A stretch of 40,224 bases of DNA from a virus (taxonomy: Duplodnaviria; Caudoviricetes), in IMG/VR virus record IMGVR_UViG_3300019784_001933, positions 1-40,224 of that record, one strand, 5' to 3'. The notes under the pieces were generated by a model. That model saw only the letters and a program-made list of their open reading frames with translations. It ran no database searches and was not told where the DNA came from. A program made the position numbers and the translations under genes. Positions 26,239 to 34,123 of this stretch are shown in pieces. Position 1 is the first letter of the stretch. Each line of letters starts with the position of its first letter.

Positions 26239-27286
26239 AGTCAGGCAAAGCGGCGATGCTCGGAGCGTGGTTCGACACGTTCACATGGGTGTAGCGCTGG
26301 ACCATGGATGCGTCCTTCCACCCGCCCAATTCCATGAGCTGCCGAATGTCCCGGTGCGCGGCGTAGTGCCAGCTTGCCCAGGTGTGCCGGCAGGTATGCG
26401 GGGTCACGTCCGTTTTCCACTTCGGGCGGCCCTTCTGGTCGGTGATGACCTTCCCCTTGGCGTCCTTGCGATGCCACGCCAGACCGGCCCGCCGCACGGC
26501 CCCCATGAACGCCGTCTTGATCTGGCCGCCCTCTTCGTCCTTGACCTCGTAGGGCTCGCCATCTGGGCGGCGGAACACGGCGCCGCTGCGGTGCGGTAGG
26601 TTCGCCAACGCCGCCAATGCGACGGGGTGGAGCGGCACGCCGCGATCCTCCCCGTTCTTGGTGTCGAGATAGGCCACTTGCCGTCCAGACAGATTGACCT
26701 CGTTCCAATCGAGGTAGAGCGCTTCCGAGACGCGAGCGCCCGTGTAGAGCATCAGGATCACGATGGGCCGCAGATGGTCGCCGCACGCAGCGACCAGCCG
26801 CCCAGCCTCCGCTGGGGTCAGCCATCGCGTCTTGCCCCTTGGTTGGCGCGGGCGTTTGAGCTTCCTGGGGGCGCACATGTCGCGCGATGCGCCGTGCTGC
26901 AACACCGCTGAGATCGGGGTGTATATCTGGCGGGCAATCGTGCTGTTCCTCGCGCCCGGCATCAGGGCCTTGGCGCATGCGTCGGCGGCTGACTGGTCAA
27001 CCCGGCCTAGCGGGGTTGTGCCAAAGTGCTTTAGGATCGGCGCGAGGAACCTAGCCTCGCCCCCGGCGGCTAGGTAGCTTGCTGCCGCGTGCGCGAACGT
27101 GGCAACAGCGGAACGACCGTGGATGGCTTCGTCGTAGAGTTCCGCTTCTCTCCGCGTCTTGAACTCTTGCGCGAGCCGCTTATCGCGAGTTCCAGTGCTT
27201 TCTTCAATGCGGCGGCCCCTGACAGTCCCTCGGACGTACCAAGGGCCATCTTCGTTTTTGCGGGCGCGGACGAGTTTGAGCGGCAT
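26168..27286 (-). CDS. int: Tyrosine integrase
   Basis: LYTGARVSEAL (R), TKNG (K), HTCRHTWAS (HxxR), LGGW, RYTH (Y); arm-binding N-terminus WYVRGTV.G.RIEESTGT. Confidence 0.95.
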   Translation of the reverse strand: MPLKLVRARKNEDGPWYVRGTVRGRRIEESTGTRDKRLAQEFKTRREAELYDEAIHGRSAVATFAHAAASYLAAGGEARFLAPILKHFGTTPLGRVDQSAADACAKALMPGARNSTIARQIYTPISAVLQHGASRDMCAPRKLKRPRQPRGKTRWLTPAEAGRLVAACGDHLRPIVILMLYTGARVSEALYLDWNEVNLSGRQVAYLDTKNGEDRGVPLHPVALAALANLPHRSGAVFRRPDGEPYEVKDEEGGQIKTAFMGAVRRAGLAWHRKDAKGKVITDQKGRPKWKTDVTPHTCRHTWASWHYAAHRDIRQLMELGGWKDASMVQRYTHVNVSNHAPSIAALPDLGEIWGSEIASSEESEQTERLAG

Positions 27287-27459
27287 CGCATGGCCTCGCG
27301 CATGGTGATGATGTCGGACGGGGTGAAGCGCCATTCACGGCCAATCTTGTAGCCGTGGTCCTGATTGGTCGAAAGCCATCCTTGCAGCCACCGCCTGGAG
27401 CATCGCAACTCGGCGGCGGCTTCGTCTAGCGTCATGACATCCACCACTGCGCGCGGCAT
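27070..27459 (-). CDS. xis: Excisionase-like HTH protein
   Basis: MTLDEAAAELRCSRRWL...KIGREWRFT..DI; overlaps int by 217 nt. Confidence 0.75.
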   Translation of the reverse strand: MPRAVVDVMTLDEAAAELRCSRRWLQGWLSTNQDHGYKIGREWRFTPSDIITMREAMRCRSNSSAPAKTKMALGTSEGLSGAAALKKALELAISGSRKSSRRGEKRNSTTKPSTVVPLLPRSRTRQQAT

Positions 27460-27460
27460 G

Positions 27461-27748
27461 TCAGGATTCCTTCCGGGTCGCGAGCAAGGCTTCCAACTCT
27501 GCAATGCGAGCGCGGGCTTCCCAGAGCGCGGTGACGGTCAGTTCCATTGAGCGCGCGATGTGGTCGGGCTCGACATACTCATGCACCAGCGCCCGCACCG
27601 GGCCGCGCACGTCGCGAAGCTGCTCCGCGAAGCACTTCACATGCCGAGAGCAGCCGTCCGTGTTGTCCGGGAAGTGCTTGCGGTACAGCCGCCCCCACGA
27701 CGGCGGTTTGCCATAGGCAGGGTCGCGCGGAATGCGTGTCGCGCCCAT
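27461..27748 (-). CDS. Hypothetical protein
   Basis: 95 aa from ATG 27748, ending ARARIAELEALL. Confidence 0.6.
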   Translation of the reverse strand: MGATRIPRDPAYGKPPSWGRLYRKHFPDNTDGCSRHVKCFAEQLRDVRGPVRALVHEYVEPDHIARSMELTVTALWEARARIAELEALLATRKES

Positions 27749-27749
27749 C

Positions 27750-28184
27750 TCAGGATTCCGAGCTAGGGGGAGGGGGGAGGAGAGGAGTCCAGAGCTTGAC
27801 CTTGCGATTTCCACCGCGTGCGTCCTGATCAAGAATCCACTCGTCGTTCCACCAGCGCGCGGTTTCGTGGCGGCTCCATTCGCCGTCCTCCAGCCAGATC
27901 AGAACCTTCCGGCCATCCTTCGGCGCCGTGCTGATATCCCGCCACCCCGCCTCTGCCTTATCGAGGCGGGAGAGGATGGCGGCGACTGTCTGAGGGTCTA
28001 GGCGGGCGATGTGCCTTGCATCGGCCTCGCTGACGACGTTTTTGATCAGGAATGGGCCGACGCGCTGGTGCATAACCTTATTCGACAGATCTAAGTTAAA
28101 GCTGCTCCAGGGGCCACCCGTCACGCCCTCCAGCCCCGCCCTTATCTCGGCAAGCCGTTCGTCGCTGATAGGCTCAGTGGTCAT
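27750..28184 (-). CDS. Ead/DUF551-like early protein
   Basis: ISDERLAEI..VTGGPW..DARHIARLDP; WRDISTAPKDG...W.PL.PPP. Confidence 0.7.
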   Translation of the reverse strand: MTTEPISDERLAEIRAGLEGVTGGPWSSFNLDLSNKVMHQRVGPFLIKNVVSEADARHIARLDPQTVAAILSRLDKAEAGWRDISTAPKDGRKVLIWLEDGEWSRHETARWWNDEWILDQDARGGNRKVKLWTPLLPPPPSSES

Positions 28185-28576
28185 GGAAGTCTCCTAACCG
28201 GCAGTTTCTTTGATAAGGGGGAAGACGCTCGACGCTGGGGCTCCGCTTTTCCAAACCCTCGTGACTTGATCTGTGACGGGGGGCGGATGCCTAGCTCCGC
28301 GCGCTTGTTCCGTTTGGCCTTCGCCGCGCTCGCGTGATCGGATGCGTCCTTGTCCCGTTTGCAGTCCCAATGGGCCGGGCCGAGATTGTCGTCGGTGTCG
28401 CTGCCTCCAAGCTCCAGAGCGCGGACATGCTCGGCAAACCAACGATCCTTTGTCCCGTCGATCTTCAAGCCGCAGTTGACGCAGACGCCGCCTGTGCGCT
28501 CCCAAGCTTTGAGGGCTCGCGTAGGCGTCATCCGCCCGCGCTTCGTCGTGCCAACGTCTTCGCAGACGAAGGGCAT
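28181..28576 (-). CDS. HNH endonuclease
   Basis: CVNCG...EHVRALELGGSD..DNL.PAH.DC...K. Confidence 0.8.
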   Translation of the reverse strand: MPFVCEDVGTTKRGRMTPTRALKAWERTGGVCVNCGLKIDGTKDRWFAEHVRALELGGSDTDDNLGPAHWDCKRDKDASDHASAAKAKRNKRAELGIRPPSQIKSRGFGKAEPQRRASSPLSKKLPVRRLP

Positions 28577-28857
28577 CAGGCGGCCCTCTGCCACTTTTCA
28601 AAGATGCTAGCGGCCTTTTCGATGAAGGTGCGCGCCTCGTCCTGCGTCATCCACCCGGCTGCGTACTGGTCGTCCGAGTATTTCTCGGAGAAGCACCACG
28701 ATCCGCAGTCCCATTTCTCATATGGCGCGTCGTCCTTGGCGCCGATCTCAAGAGACCAATACATCCCGCGTGCGCGGAAATAGAACTGGCGTCCGTCGAT
28801 GGTGCCCTCTGCCTGTACGGGGCAGTTGCCGCCGATCTGATCAATCTCAACGTTCAT
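28576..28857 (-). CDS. Hypothetical protein
   Basis: 93 aa GNCPVQAEGTIDG..FYFRARG..WSL; coupled. Confidence 0.75.
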   Translation of the reverse strand: MNVEIDQIGGNCPVQAEGTIDGRQFYFRARGMYWSLEIGAKDDAPYEKWDCGSWCFSEKYSDDQYAAGWMTQDEARTFIEKAASIFEKWQRAA

Positions 28858-29252
28858 GCCGCCCTCCTCTCGCTATCATGGAAGACGACGCCATGGCGCG
28901 CGCCGAACTCCTCAATGATGGTCATCAGATCGCCCATCTCGGCTTTGCTCAGATCCGATGACGAACGCCCGATGTTGACGAAGCCGGTCCCGTCCAGATT
29001 GGGGACTGCGCGCACCTCGCGTTTCAGCGCGTCGAGGAACAGCAGCTTCCAGGCGTCAGGCTTCAACGGCATGCCGTGCCACGGGAGTTGCTGCGCGATG
29101 TCGGTCAGCATGGCCCACATGCGGTCGTTCTGAGGCAGGGAACGCTTGCTGGCCTTGAACTCGCACCGGGTGCCGTGCGGGGCCTTCATTACCCAGCCGG
29201 CAGCTTTGGTGCGCGCCTGAGCGCTGTCGAGGATGACAAGCGCCCGGCTCAT
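28854..29252 (-). CDS. ninB: NinB/Orf recombination protein
   Basis: KRSLPQNDRMWAMLTDIA.Q..WHG..L....WK.LF...SS.LSKAEM.DL...I..FGA.HGV.F. Confidence 0.9.
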   Translation of the reverse strand: MSRALVILDSAQARTKAAGWVMKAPHGTRCEFKASKRSLPQNDRMWAMLTDIAQQLPWHGMPLKPDAWKLLFLDALKREVRAVPNLDGTGFVNIGRSSSDLSKAEMGDLMTIIEEFGARHGVVFHDSERRAA

Positions 29253-29935
29253 TCCGCCGCCTCCAGAATGGACGAAGGCAGCGTCTGCGCGAATGCGTCA
29301 CGCTCCTTAACAAGCAACAGGCTTTCGCTATCCGGCATCGAAGCGCCGATGTTGGACTTGTTCGTCTTCCACCACTCGGAAAGCTGCGCCTTCGACTGGC
29401 ACATCTTCATGGCGCATAGAGCGATTTTGTAGGCTTCGGAAAGGGACGCGCCGCCGCCGTTCGATGTGCGGTCATTCGACGGCGGCGCGTTCCGGCCCGG
29501 CATGGGCGCGGATTCGTGGGCTCTGTCGTCCTGTTCTGGGTCGTCGCCCGTCTCAATCTGAAAGAGCTTAAACAGAAGATACTTGTTCGCGCCGGTCAGG
29601 GCCTTGTAGACGCCTTTATCGCCTACGCTGCCGTTCTTGGCGCGGTCATTGCCGCAACCGAACGCGACCAGCTTTTCAGGCCAGATGTCGCCGTCCTTGT
29701 GCGCTAAGGTGTATTCGATGGCGACGGTGACGTTGCCGTGTTCATCCGGTCCGGTGACGGACTTGCCAGACGGCAGCAACAGCAGGCCGTTTGCCACCAT
29801 GGCCGGGCGCAGCTTGTCGAGCAAATCGGACTCGCCGGCATACTTGTAGCCGTGGAAAGCGTTCTTGCCCGTCTTCTGGACGTAACCGCAGGCTTCCATC
29901 ACGGCGTGTAGGGCGGTTGCAATCTTAGCGGTCAT
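29249..29935 (-). CDS. erf: ERF-family ssDNA-annealing protein
   Basis: VQKTGKN.FHGYKYA...DKGVYKALTGANKY.L.KLF.I.TGDDPE. Confidence 0.85.
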   Translation of the reverse strand: MTAKIATALHAVMEACGYVQKTGKNAFHGYKYAGESDLLDKLRPAMVANGLLLLPSGKSVTGPDEHGNVTVAIEYTLAHKDGDIWPEKLVAFGCGNDRAKNGSVGDKGVYKALTGANKYLLFKLFQIETGDDPEQDDRAHESAPMPGRNAPPSNDRTSNGGGASLSEAYKIALCAMKMCQSKAQLSEWWKTNKSNIGASMPDSESLLLVKERDAFAQTLPSSILEAAE

Positions 29936-30215
29936 CGGATGCCTCTTTCGGCTTGCGGAGCGGTTCAAAGAACCCGCACCAGCCATCGGGGTTGACGTGT
30001 CGGCACAGGTGCCAAGGCGGGCTTGGCCGCCAATCAGGGTCTTGAAAGCCGCCGAGCGGTTCCTCTGGCGCCTTCATGCAGCGCCAATGGTAGGGCGCGT
30101 CCTTGCGGGTTGCCGGGTGGACGTGATCGCAGTCGCGGCACAGAACGGGCGGGTCGTCGTTGAACCCGTCTGCCGGATCAAAGTCATCGTCCAGGATCGG
30201 GGATGACGCGGCCAT
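29925..30215 (-). CDS. Cys-rich hypothetical protein
   Basis: CRDCDH...C...C...NPDGWCGFFE. Confidence 0.7.
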   Translation of the reverse strand: MAASSPILDDDFDPADGFNDDPPVLCRDCDHVHPATRKDAPYHWRCMKAPEEPLGGFQDPDWRPSPPWHLCRHVNPDGWCGFFEPLRKPKEASDDR

Positions 30216-30218
30216 GGC

Positions 30219-30578
30219 TTACTCTGCCGCCTGCATCAGAACGGGCTTTCCGAGTGCCGCAGCCTCACGCAACAGCCCCGCCGCCGCCTCAAGATTGCGG
30301 ATGGCCCTGATCATGCTGTCGAGGTCTGCGGGGTGAAGCGGCTCGGCCATGTCGCGCCGTGCGGATGCGGCTCTGGCGCACAGGATTTCCAGATAAGCCG
30401 ACTGCTGCGCGACCATGTTGACCAGCTCGAACAGCCGGCCATCGGCAAAGCGGTTTGCTGCGACGTGCCTCATGGGTATCTCCGATGCGAGTGATTGAAT
30501 GATGGTGTTGTGGCGGCGCTGGAGCACCCGCGCCTGCGGTGTCTTGGCGCCGGAGCGCAATGGAATGGGGCGGGTCAT
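30219..30578 (-). CDS. Hypothetical protein
   Basis: 119 aa ORF within the pL operon, coupled. Confidence 0.6.
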   Translation of the reverse strand: MTRPIPLRSGAKTPQARVLQRRHNTIIQSLASEIPMRHVAANRFADGRLFELVNMVAQQSAYLEILCARAASARRDMAEPLHPADLDSMIRAIRNLEAAAGLLREAAALGKPVLMQAAE

Positions 30579-30841
30579 TCCGTCACCGGGGGCTCAGGGA
30601 GCGGCATCCAGTAAAAGGAGCGCCACATCGTTCCATTCAGTCCGGCATCTTTGCGCCAAGTAGACGAGTCACAAATATTGCCGTCCGGGTCGATGTATGC
30701 CGGGAAAGTCTCAAGCCCCTTTTTGCCAAAAAACGTTGCGTTTTCTTTGGTGGGGCCAACAGCAACCAAAACGGTTGCATCTTTCGGCGCCGTTTCAATC
30801 GGCTGCCAAGCAGGCGCTGGAGTCTCGCGGATGCCACTCAT
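30575..30841 (-). CDS. DUF551-like protein
   Basis: WQPIETAPKD...WMPLPEPP. Confidence 0.75.
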   Translation of the reverse strand: MSGIRETPAPAWQPIETAPKDATVLVAVGPTKENATFFGKKGLETFPAYIDPDGNICDSSTWRKDAGLNGTMWRSFYWMPLPEPPVTE

Positions 30842-30984
30842 AATTCATCCCTCCCCAGCATCGAAGCATCCCCATGGGGCTCCTCGTCTTCAACGATAGG
30901 AGCGGGGAACAGCACCAGAGCGCAGATCCAGAACAGCGCTCCGACAATCAGAACGGCGATCCCAATGTAGATGGCGAGGGACAT
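30838..30984 (-). CDS. 48-aa single-TM peptide
   Basis: Manual translation MSLAIYIGIAVLIVGALFWICALVLFPAPIVEDEE...; coupled at both ends. Confidence 0.6.
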   Translation of the reverse strand: MSLAIYIGIAVLIVGALFWICALVLFPAPIVEDEEPHGDASMLGRDEL

Positions 30985-31319
30985 CAGCGGCCCTCCGCTT
31001 TGGCGATGGCGGCGCGGGCGCGCGCAGCAATGTTTCGCAAAGCGCCCCGGTTAACCCGCGTAAAGACTTGCTTGTCGTCGGCTGCGCGAACTGCTGCCAT
31101 TTCAGCAATCCATTCCAGAGCTTCAAGCATGTCGGGGCTGGCGGCAGTAAGCCGGGCGTTGGCCGCCCAGTTGTCGCCTTCGCACCGGGCAATCGTCTCG
31201 TAATCGCCGCAAATGTGCTTGGCGTCAGGATGACCGCGCGGGATAGTGCAGCGGATGACGCTCGAAAGGTTGTGGCCGTCCTGGTGCCACGGGCCGGCGC
31301 TATGCTTGCTCTCGCTCAT
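30984..31319 (-). CDS. Hypothetical early protein
   Basis: KHSAGPW...ANARLTAASPDMLEAL...ARAAIAKAEG, a common phage motif. Confidence 0.75.
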   Translation of the reverse strand: MSESKHSAGPWHQDGHNLSSVIRCTIPRGHPDAKHICGDYETIARCEGDNWAANARLTAASPDMLEALEWIAEMAAVRAADDKQVFTRVNRGALRNIAARARAAIAKAEGR

Positions 31320-31320
31320 T

Positions 31321-31437
31321 TCACTGCCCCTGCATGAAGTCGAAGAACACGAAGCCAATCGAGATCAGCCAAGCCACCCCAAGCAGGGCGCAGACCTGAA
31401 ATGCGTTTGCTATGAGGGCGCGGAGGTCGGTGATCAT
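31321..31437 (-). CDS. 38-aa single-TM peptide
   Basis: Manual translation MITDLRALIANAFQVCALLGVAWLISIGFVFFDFMQGQ; ATGA coupling. Confidence 0.55.
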   Translation of the reverse strand: MITDLRALIANAFQVCALLGVAWLISIGFVFFDFMQGQ

Positions 31438-31748
31438 GCCCGACCCCAGATCGAACGATGATCAGCCGGAGCGGTGTAGACGTAGCTCTGCCCGTCGTCG
31501 GGCTGGGCTTCGTCATAGGCTTTCCGAATGGCCGCCTTGCCAGCGTCCGTCAGAGCCCAATCAGCGACGTAATCGGAGATGACGACCGGCACCGGAACCG
31601 CGAAGCCGCGATCCATCCGATCAACGGCGGCAACCCTGAACTCGCCGTAGAGGTTGCACTCGATCTCGATCAAAAGCTCGTCGCACATCGCAAACAAGCC
31701 GTTGAGCGAGAAGTCGTCGTGGGTGAAGCTGAACTCGGTGACCGGCAT
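31434..31748 (-). CDS. First gene of pL operon, acidic hypothetical protein
   Basis: 104 aa; SD GGAGG. Confidence 0.75.
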   Translation of the reverse strand: MPVTEFSFTHDDFSLNGLFAMCDELLIEIECNLYGEFRVAAVDRMDRGFAVPVPVVISDYVADWALTDAGKAAIRKAYDEAQPDDGQSYVYTAPADHRSIWGRA

Positions 31749-31773
31749 GTCGTCCTCCGTTGTGTGAGGACAG

Positions 31774-31824
31774 TGTTAGCATCGCTAACAGAACGGCGCA
31801 ACAGAAATGTTAGCGGCGCTATCA
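31774..31824 (-). promoter_or_regulatory. OL operators and pL
   Basis: TGTTAGC-atc-GCTAACA (31774-31790) and TGTTAGC-ggc-GCTATCA (31808-31824); minus strand TTGCGC-17-TAACAC. Confidence 0.85.
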
Positions 31825-31884
31825 CAAAAATTTAGGTTGCGCGGCAAAGCGGTTTGACCCCTGACTCGATCTGACAGGGGACGA

Positions 31885-31899
31885 GAACAAAATAGGAAT
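31885..31899 (+). promoter_or_regulatory. Alphaproteobacterial LexA (SOS) box
   Basis: GAAC-AAAATAG-GAAT: one mismatch to GAAC-N7-GAAC, AT-rich spacer, 27 nt upstream of ORF 31927. Confidence 0.7.
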
Positions 31900-31926
31900 A
31901 TTGTCTAGGCGTGGGGGAGGGGAGCG

Positions 31927-32118
31927 GTGCTTAATCTAGAACAGCGGTTCGCCCGCGCGTTCATGCGGCTTACGGATGGTCAGAAGGCGGCTGTAATGGC
32001 AGACCTTCGGCGCGCGCTGCGTCTTCAATCGTCTCGATTATACGACGCTGCCGCGCCTCGCTCAGTTGAGAGAACAGCCCCAGCGCTTCCAACAGAAGAC
32101 CCGCCCCGCCTGCCGTAG
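31927..32118 (+). CDS. Putative SOS-induced antirepressor (small ORF antisense to cI 3' end)
   Basis: 63 aa; GGAGG SD 6 nt before GTG; LexA-type box upstream; residues 4-34 resemble CI C-terminal helices. Confidence 0.65.
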   Translation: MLNLEQRFARAFMRLTDGQKAAVMADLRRALRLQSSRLYDAAAPRSVERTAPALPTEDPPRLP

Positions 32119-32362
32119 GGGCAGATGGCGCCTTTGCGTCTGATGGCGGCCCGGCGAGCAAATCGGCAGCCGAGCAGCCAAGTGCCGATGCCAGGTTTTC
32201 CAGGCGATCATGCGTGAGCCCGGTGATGCCGCGTTCTAGCTGAGAGATCAGCCCATGCGTGACGCCCGCGCGGTCGGCAAGCTCTTCCTGTGAGAACTTC
32301 CGATGCTTCCGCCAGTCGCGCAGATATTGCCGCTGGCCCTCTTTTGGCGCGGGTTTTGCCAT
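31970..32362 (-). CDS. cI: CI-like XRE repressor lacking S24 peptidase domain
   Basis: YLRDWRKHRKFSQEELADRAGVTHGLISQLERG HTH; P/A linker; short helical C-terminus; 130 aa; divergent from cro. Confidence 0.9.
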   Translation of the reverse strand: MAKPAPKEGQRQYLRDWRKHRKFSQEELADRAGVTHGLISQLERGITGLTHDRLENLASALGCSAADLLAGPPSDAKAPSAPTAGGAGLLLEALGLFSQLSEARQRRIIETIEDAARAEGLPLQPPSDHP

Positions 32363-32395
32363 GGCGGCACATTGCGCCGCTTCCGCTAAAGCGCC

Positions 32396-32448
32396 ACACA
32401 GCGACGCTAACAAAAGGTGTTGCGGCTGCTTGTTAGTCATGCTAACAA
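32396..32448 (+). promoter_or_regulatory. OR operators and pR
   Basis: ACACAGC-gac-GCTAACA (32396-32412) and TGTTAGT-cat-GCTAACA (32431-32447); TTGCGG(32420)-17-TAACAA, mirroring pL. Confidence 0.8.
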
Positions 32449-32455
32449 ATGGGGC

Positions 32456-32662
32456 ATGAAGACAAAGCGCGATCCCTTCCGAGGCCGTCAGGTCAAAAAG
32501 CTTCAGCTAGCGCAGGAGCTTGGCATCACCCACGGCGCCATCAGCCAATGGTCACAGGTTCCGTCAGAGCGCGTTCTCGACGTTGAGCGCATCACCGGCA
32601 TCTCTCGCCATGAGCTTCGCCCTGACGTGTTCGGCCCCGCGCAAAAAGGGGAGGCGGCATGA
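32456..32662 (+). CDS. cro: Cro-like (YdaS-type) HTH
   Basis: LAQELGITHGAISQW..VP.ERV..VE..TGISRHELRPDVFG. Confidence 0.9.
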   Translation: MKTKRDPFRGRQVKKLQLAQELGITHGAISQWSQVPSERVLDVERITGISRHELRPDVFGPAQKGEAA

Positions 32663-33045
32663 CCATCACGACATGCACCTACCTGATCGAAGCCAAGAGC
32701 GGCGAGATCAAGATTGGCCGCTCCATCATGCCGCATGAGCGCGTCAAGGAGATCGCCATGCGGTCGCCTTGCGAGGTCAGGCTGATCGCCTTTTGGGGCT
32801 CGCGCTTTGACGAAGAGAACGACCTTCACCAGCGCTTCGCCAAGCATCGCGTCTACCGCGAGTGGTTCAGGCCAGAGGGCGATCTTGCCGACTTCGTGCA
32901 GCAGATGCGCGGTCATGGCGTCTCCGAGATTACCCCATGGGGCTCGTCGTACAGCGAGAACGCTGAAACTCGGAAGCTGATCCGAGCGCAGCGGCATAGC
33001 GCGTCGATGCGAGCCCGTTCCGCCAAGCAGGGAGAGGCCGCATGA
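32659..33045 (+). CDS. GIY-YIG / T5orf172-like protein
   Basis: TYLI....EIKIGRS..P.ER...E..LHQRF...RV..EWF. Confidence 0.8.
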   Translation: MTITTCTYLIEAKSGEIKIGRSIMPHERVKEIAMRSPCEVRLIAFWGSRFDEENDLHQRFAKHRVYREWFRPEGDLADFVQQMRGHGVSEITPWGSSYSENAETRKLIRAQRHSASMRARSAKQGEAA

Positions 33046-33314
33046 GCGAGCTTCGCCAGATCATGGAACGCATCCTCGCGCTTCACGCTGAGGAAGACGA
33101 GATCAAGGCTGACCGCAAGTCGGTCTATGCCGAGGCTCAGGACGCCGGCTTCAACAAGTCGGCGCTCGGCCTCGCCATCCGCACCATTCGCGCACGGCAG
33201 AAGCAGGAAGGCCCCGCCGCTCTCGAAAAGCAGAGCGAGGCTGAACGCATGGTCGAGGAATACGACCGCCTCGCGCACGTACACGGCGTGTGCGCACGAG
33301 GGGAGGCCGCTTAA
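33042..33314 (+). CDS. GapR-like (DUF2312) DNA-binding protein
   Basis: ELRQIMERI..L..EE..IKAD.KSVYAEA...GFN..AL...IR. Confidence 0.8.
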   Translation: MSELRQIMERILALHAEEDEIKADRKSVYAEAQDAGFNKSALGLAIRTIRARQKQEGPAALEKQSEAERMVEEYDRLAHVHGVCARGEAA

Positions 33315-33851
33315 ATGCGAAAGCCCCTCCGCGAAATCCGCATCTGCGGCGATACCGCCATCATCCCGCTGACGAAGGGATACGAGGCCATAATTGATGC
33401 CGCCGACGCGCCGCTTGTCGCTGGCCGCTTTTGGCTCGTCCGTGTTTCCGGTAAATCTGGGTACGCGCAAAGCGCCGATTACAGCACTGGGAAATGTAAG
33501 ACGCTTTTGCTGCACCGCGTCCTGCTTGACGCGCCCGATGGGTTCCTTGTCGACCATATTGACGGCGATGGGCTGAACAATAGTCGTTCCAATCTGCGCC
33601 TCTGCAACCGGTCGCAGAACGCTCAGAACCGGGGTGCGCCATCGCATAGCTCTAGCGGCCTTAAGGGCGTCTGCTGGAATGCCAAAGACCAGCGTTGGCG
33701 CGCGCATATTCAGGTTAACCCGGCTCTCCGTCTTCATCTTGGGAGCTTCCTAAGCAAAGACGCGGCTGCTGCGGCCTATGCGGCAGCCGCGATCAAATAT
33801 CATGGCGATTTCGCTAGGGCTCCGAGCCTCGTACGTGAGGAGGCCGCGTGA
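33315..33851 (+). CDS. HNH-AP2 homing endonuclease
   Basis: LHRVLL...VDHIDGDGLNNSRSNLR...N..N; GLKGVCW...WRAHI...HLGSF...AA.AY..AA...HG.FA. Confidence 0.9.
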   Translation: MRKPLREIRICGDTAIIPLTKGYEAIIDAADAPLVAGRFWLVRVSGKSGYAQSADYSTGKCKTLLLHRVLLDAPDGFLVDHIDGDGLNNSRSNLRLCNRSQNAQNRGAPSHSSSGLKGVCWNAKDQRWRAHIQVNPALRLHLGSFLSKDAAAAAYAAAAIKYHGDFARAPSLVREEAA

Positions 33852-33934
33852 TGCCCATCGCCGGCTACCTCCTCGCCGCTCTCCTCGCTCTATCCCTTTC
33901 CGTCTTCGCCAGCTTCGCGCAGGTGATGCCGTGA
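33851..33934 (+). CDS. 27-aa hydrophobic peptide
   Basis: Manual translation MPIAGYLLAALLALSLSVFASFAQVMP; TGATG-coupled, SD GGAGG. Confidence 0.5.
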   Translation: MPIAGYLLAALLALSLSVFASFAQVMP

Positions 33935-33978
33935 GCCCCACCACGCTCGGTAATCCTCCCCTCGGCGAGCGCAACCTT

Positions 33979-34007
33979 GCGGGGGGCGTCAATGCCCCCC
34001 GCCTTTT
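33979..34007 (+). terminator. tR1-like intrinsic terminator
   Basis: GCGGGGGGC-gtcaat-GCCCCCCGC then CTTTT; a second hairpin at 34018-34050. Confidence 0.7.
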
Positions 34008-34123
34008 CATTCCCGCGTTCGACCGCAAGCTTTTCCAGAACTCGGTCGAACGCTTCTCCCAGGCTGATGAACGCCATCGGTTTCCCCTTTCGCGACCCCA
34101 CAATCGCGAAAGGTCCAGCCGAG

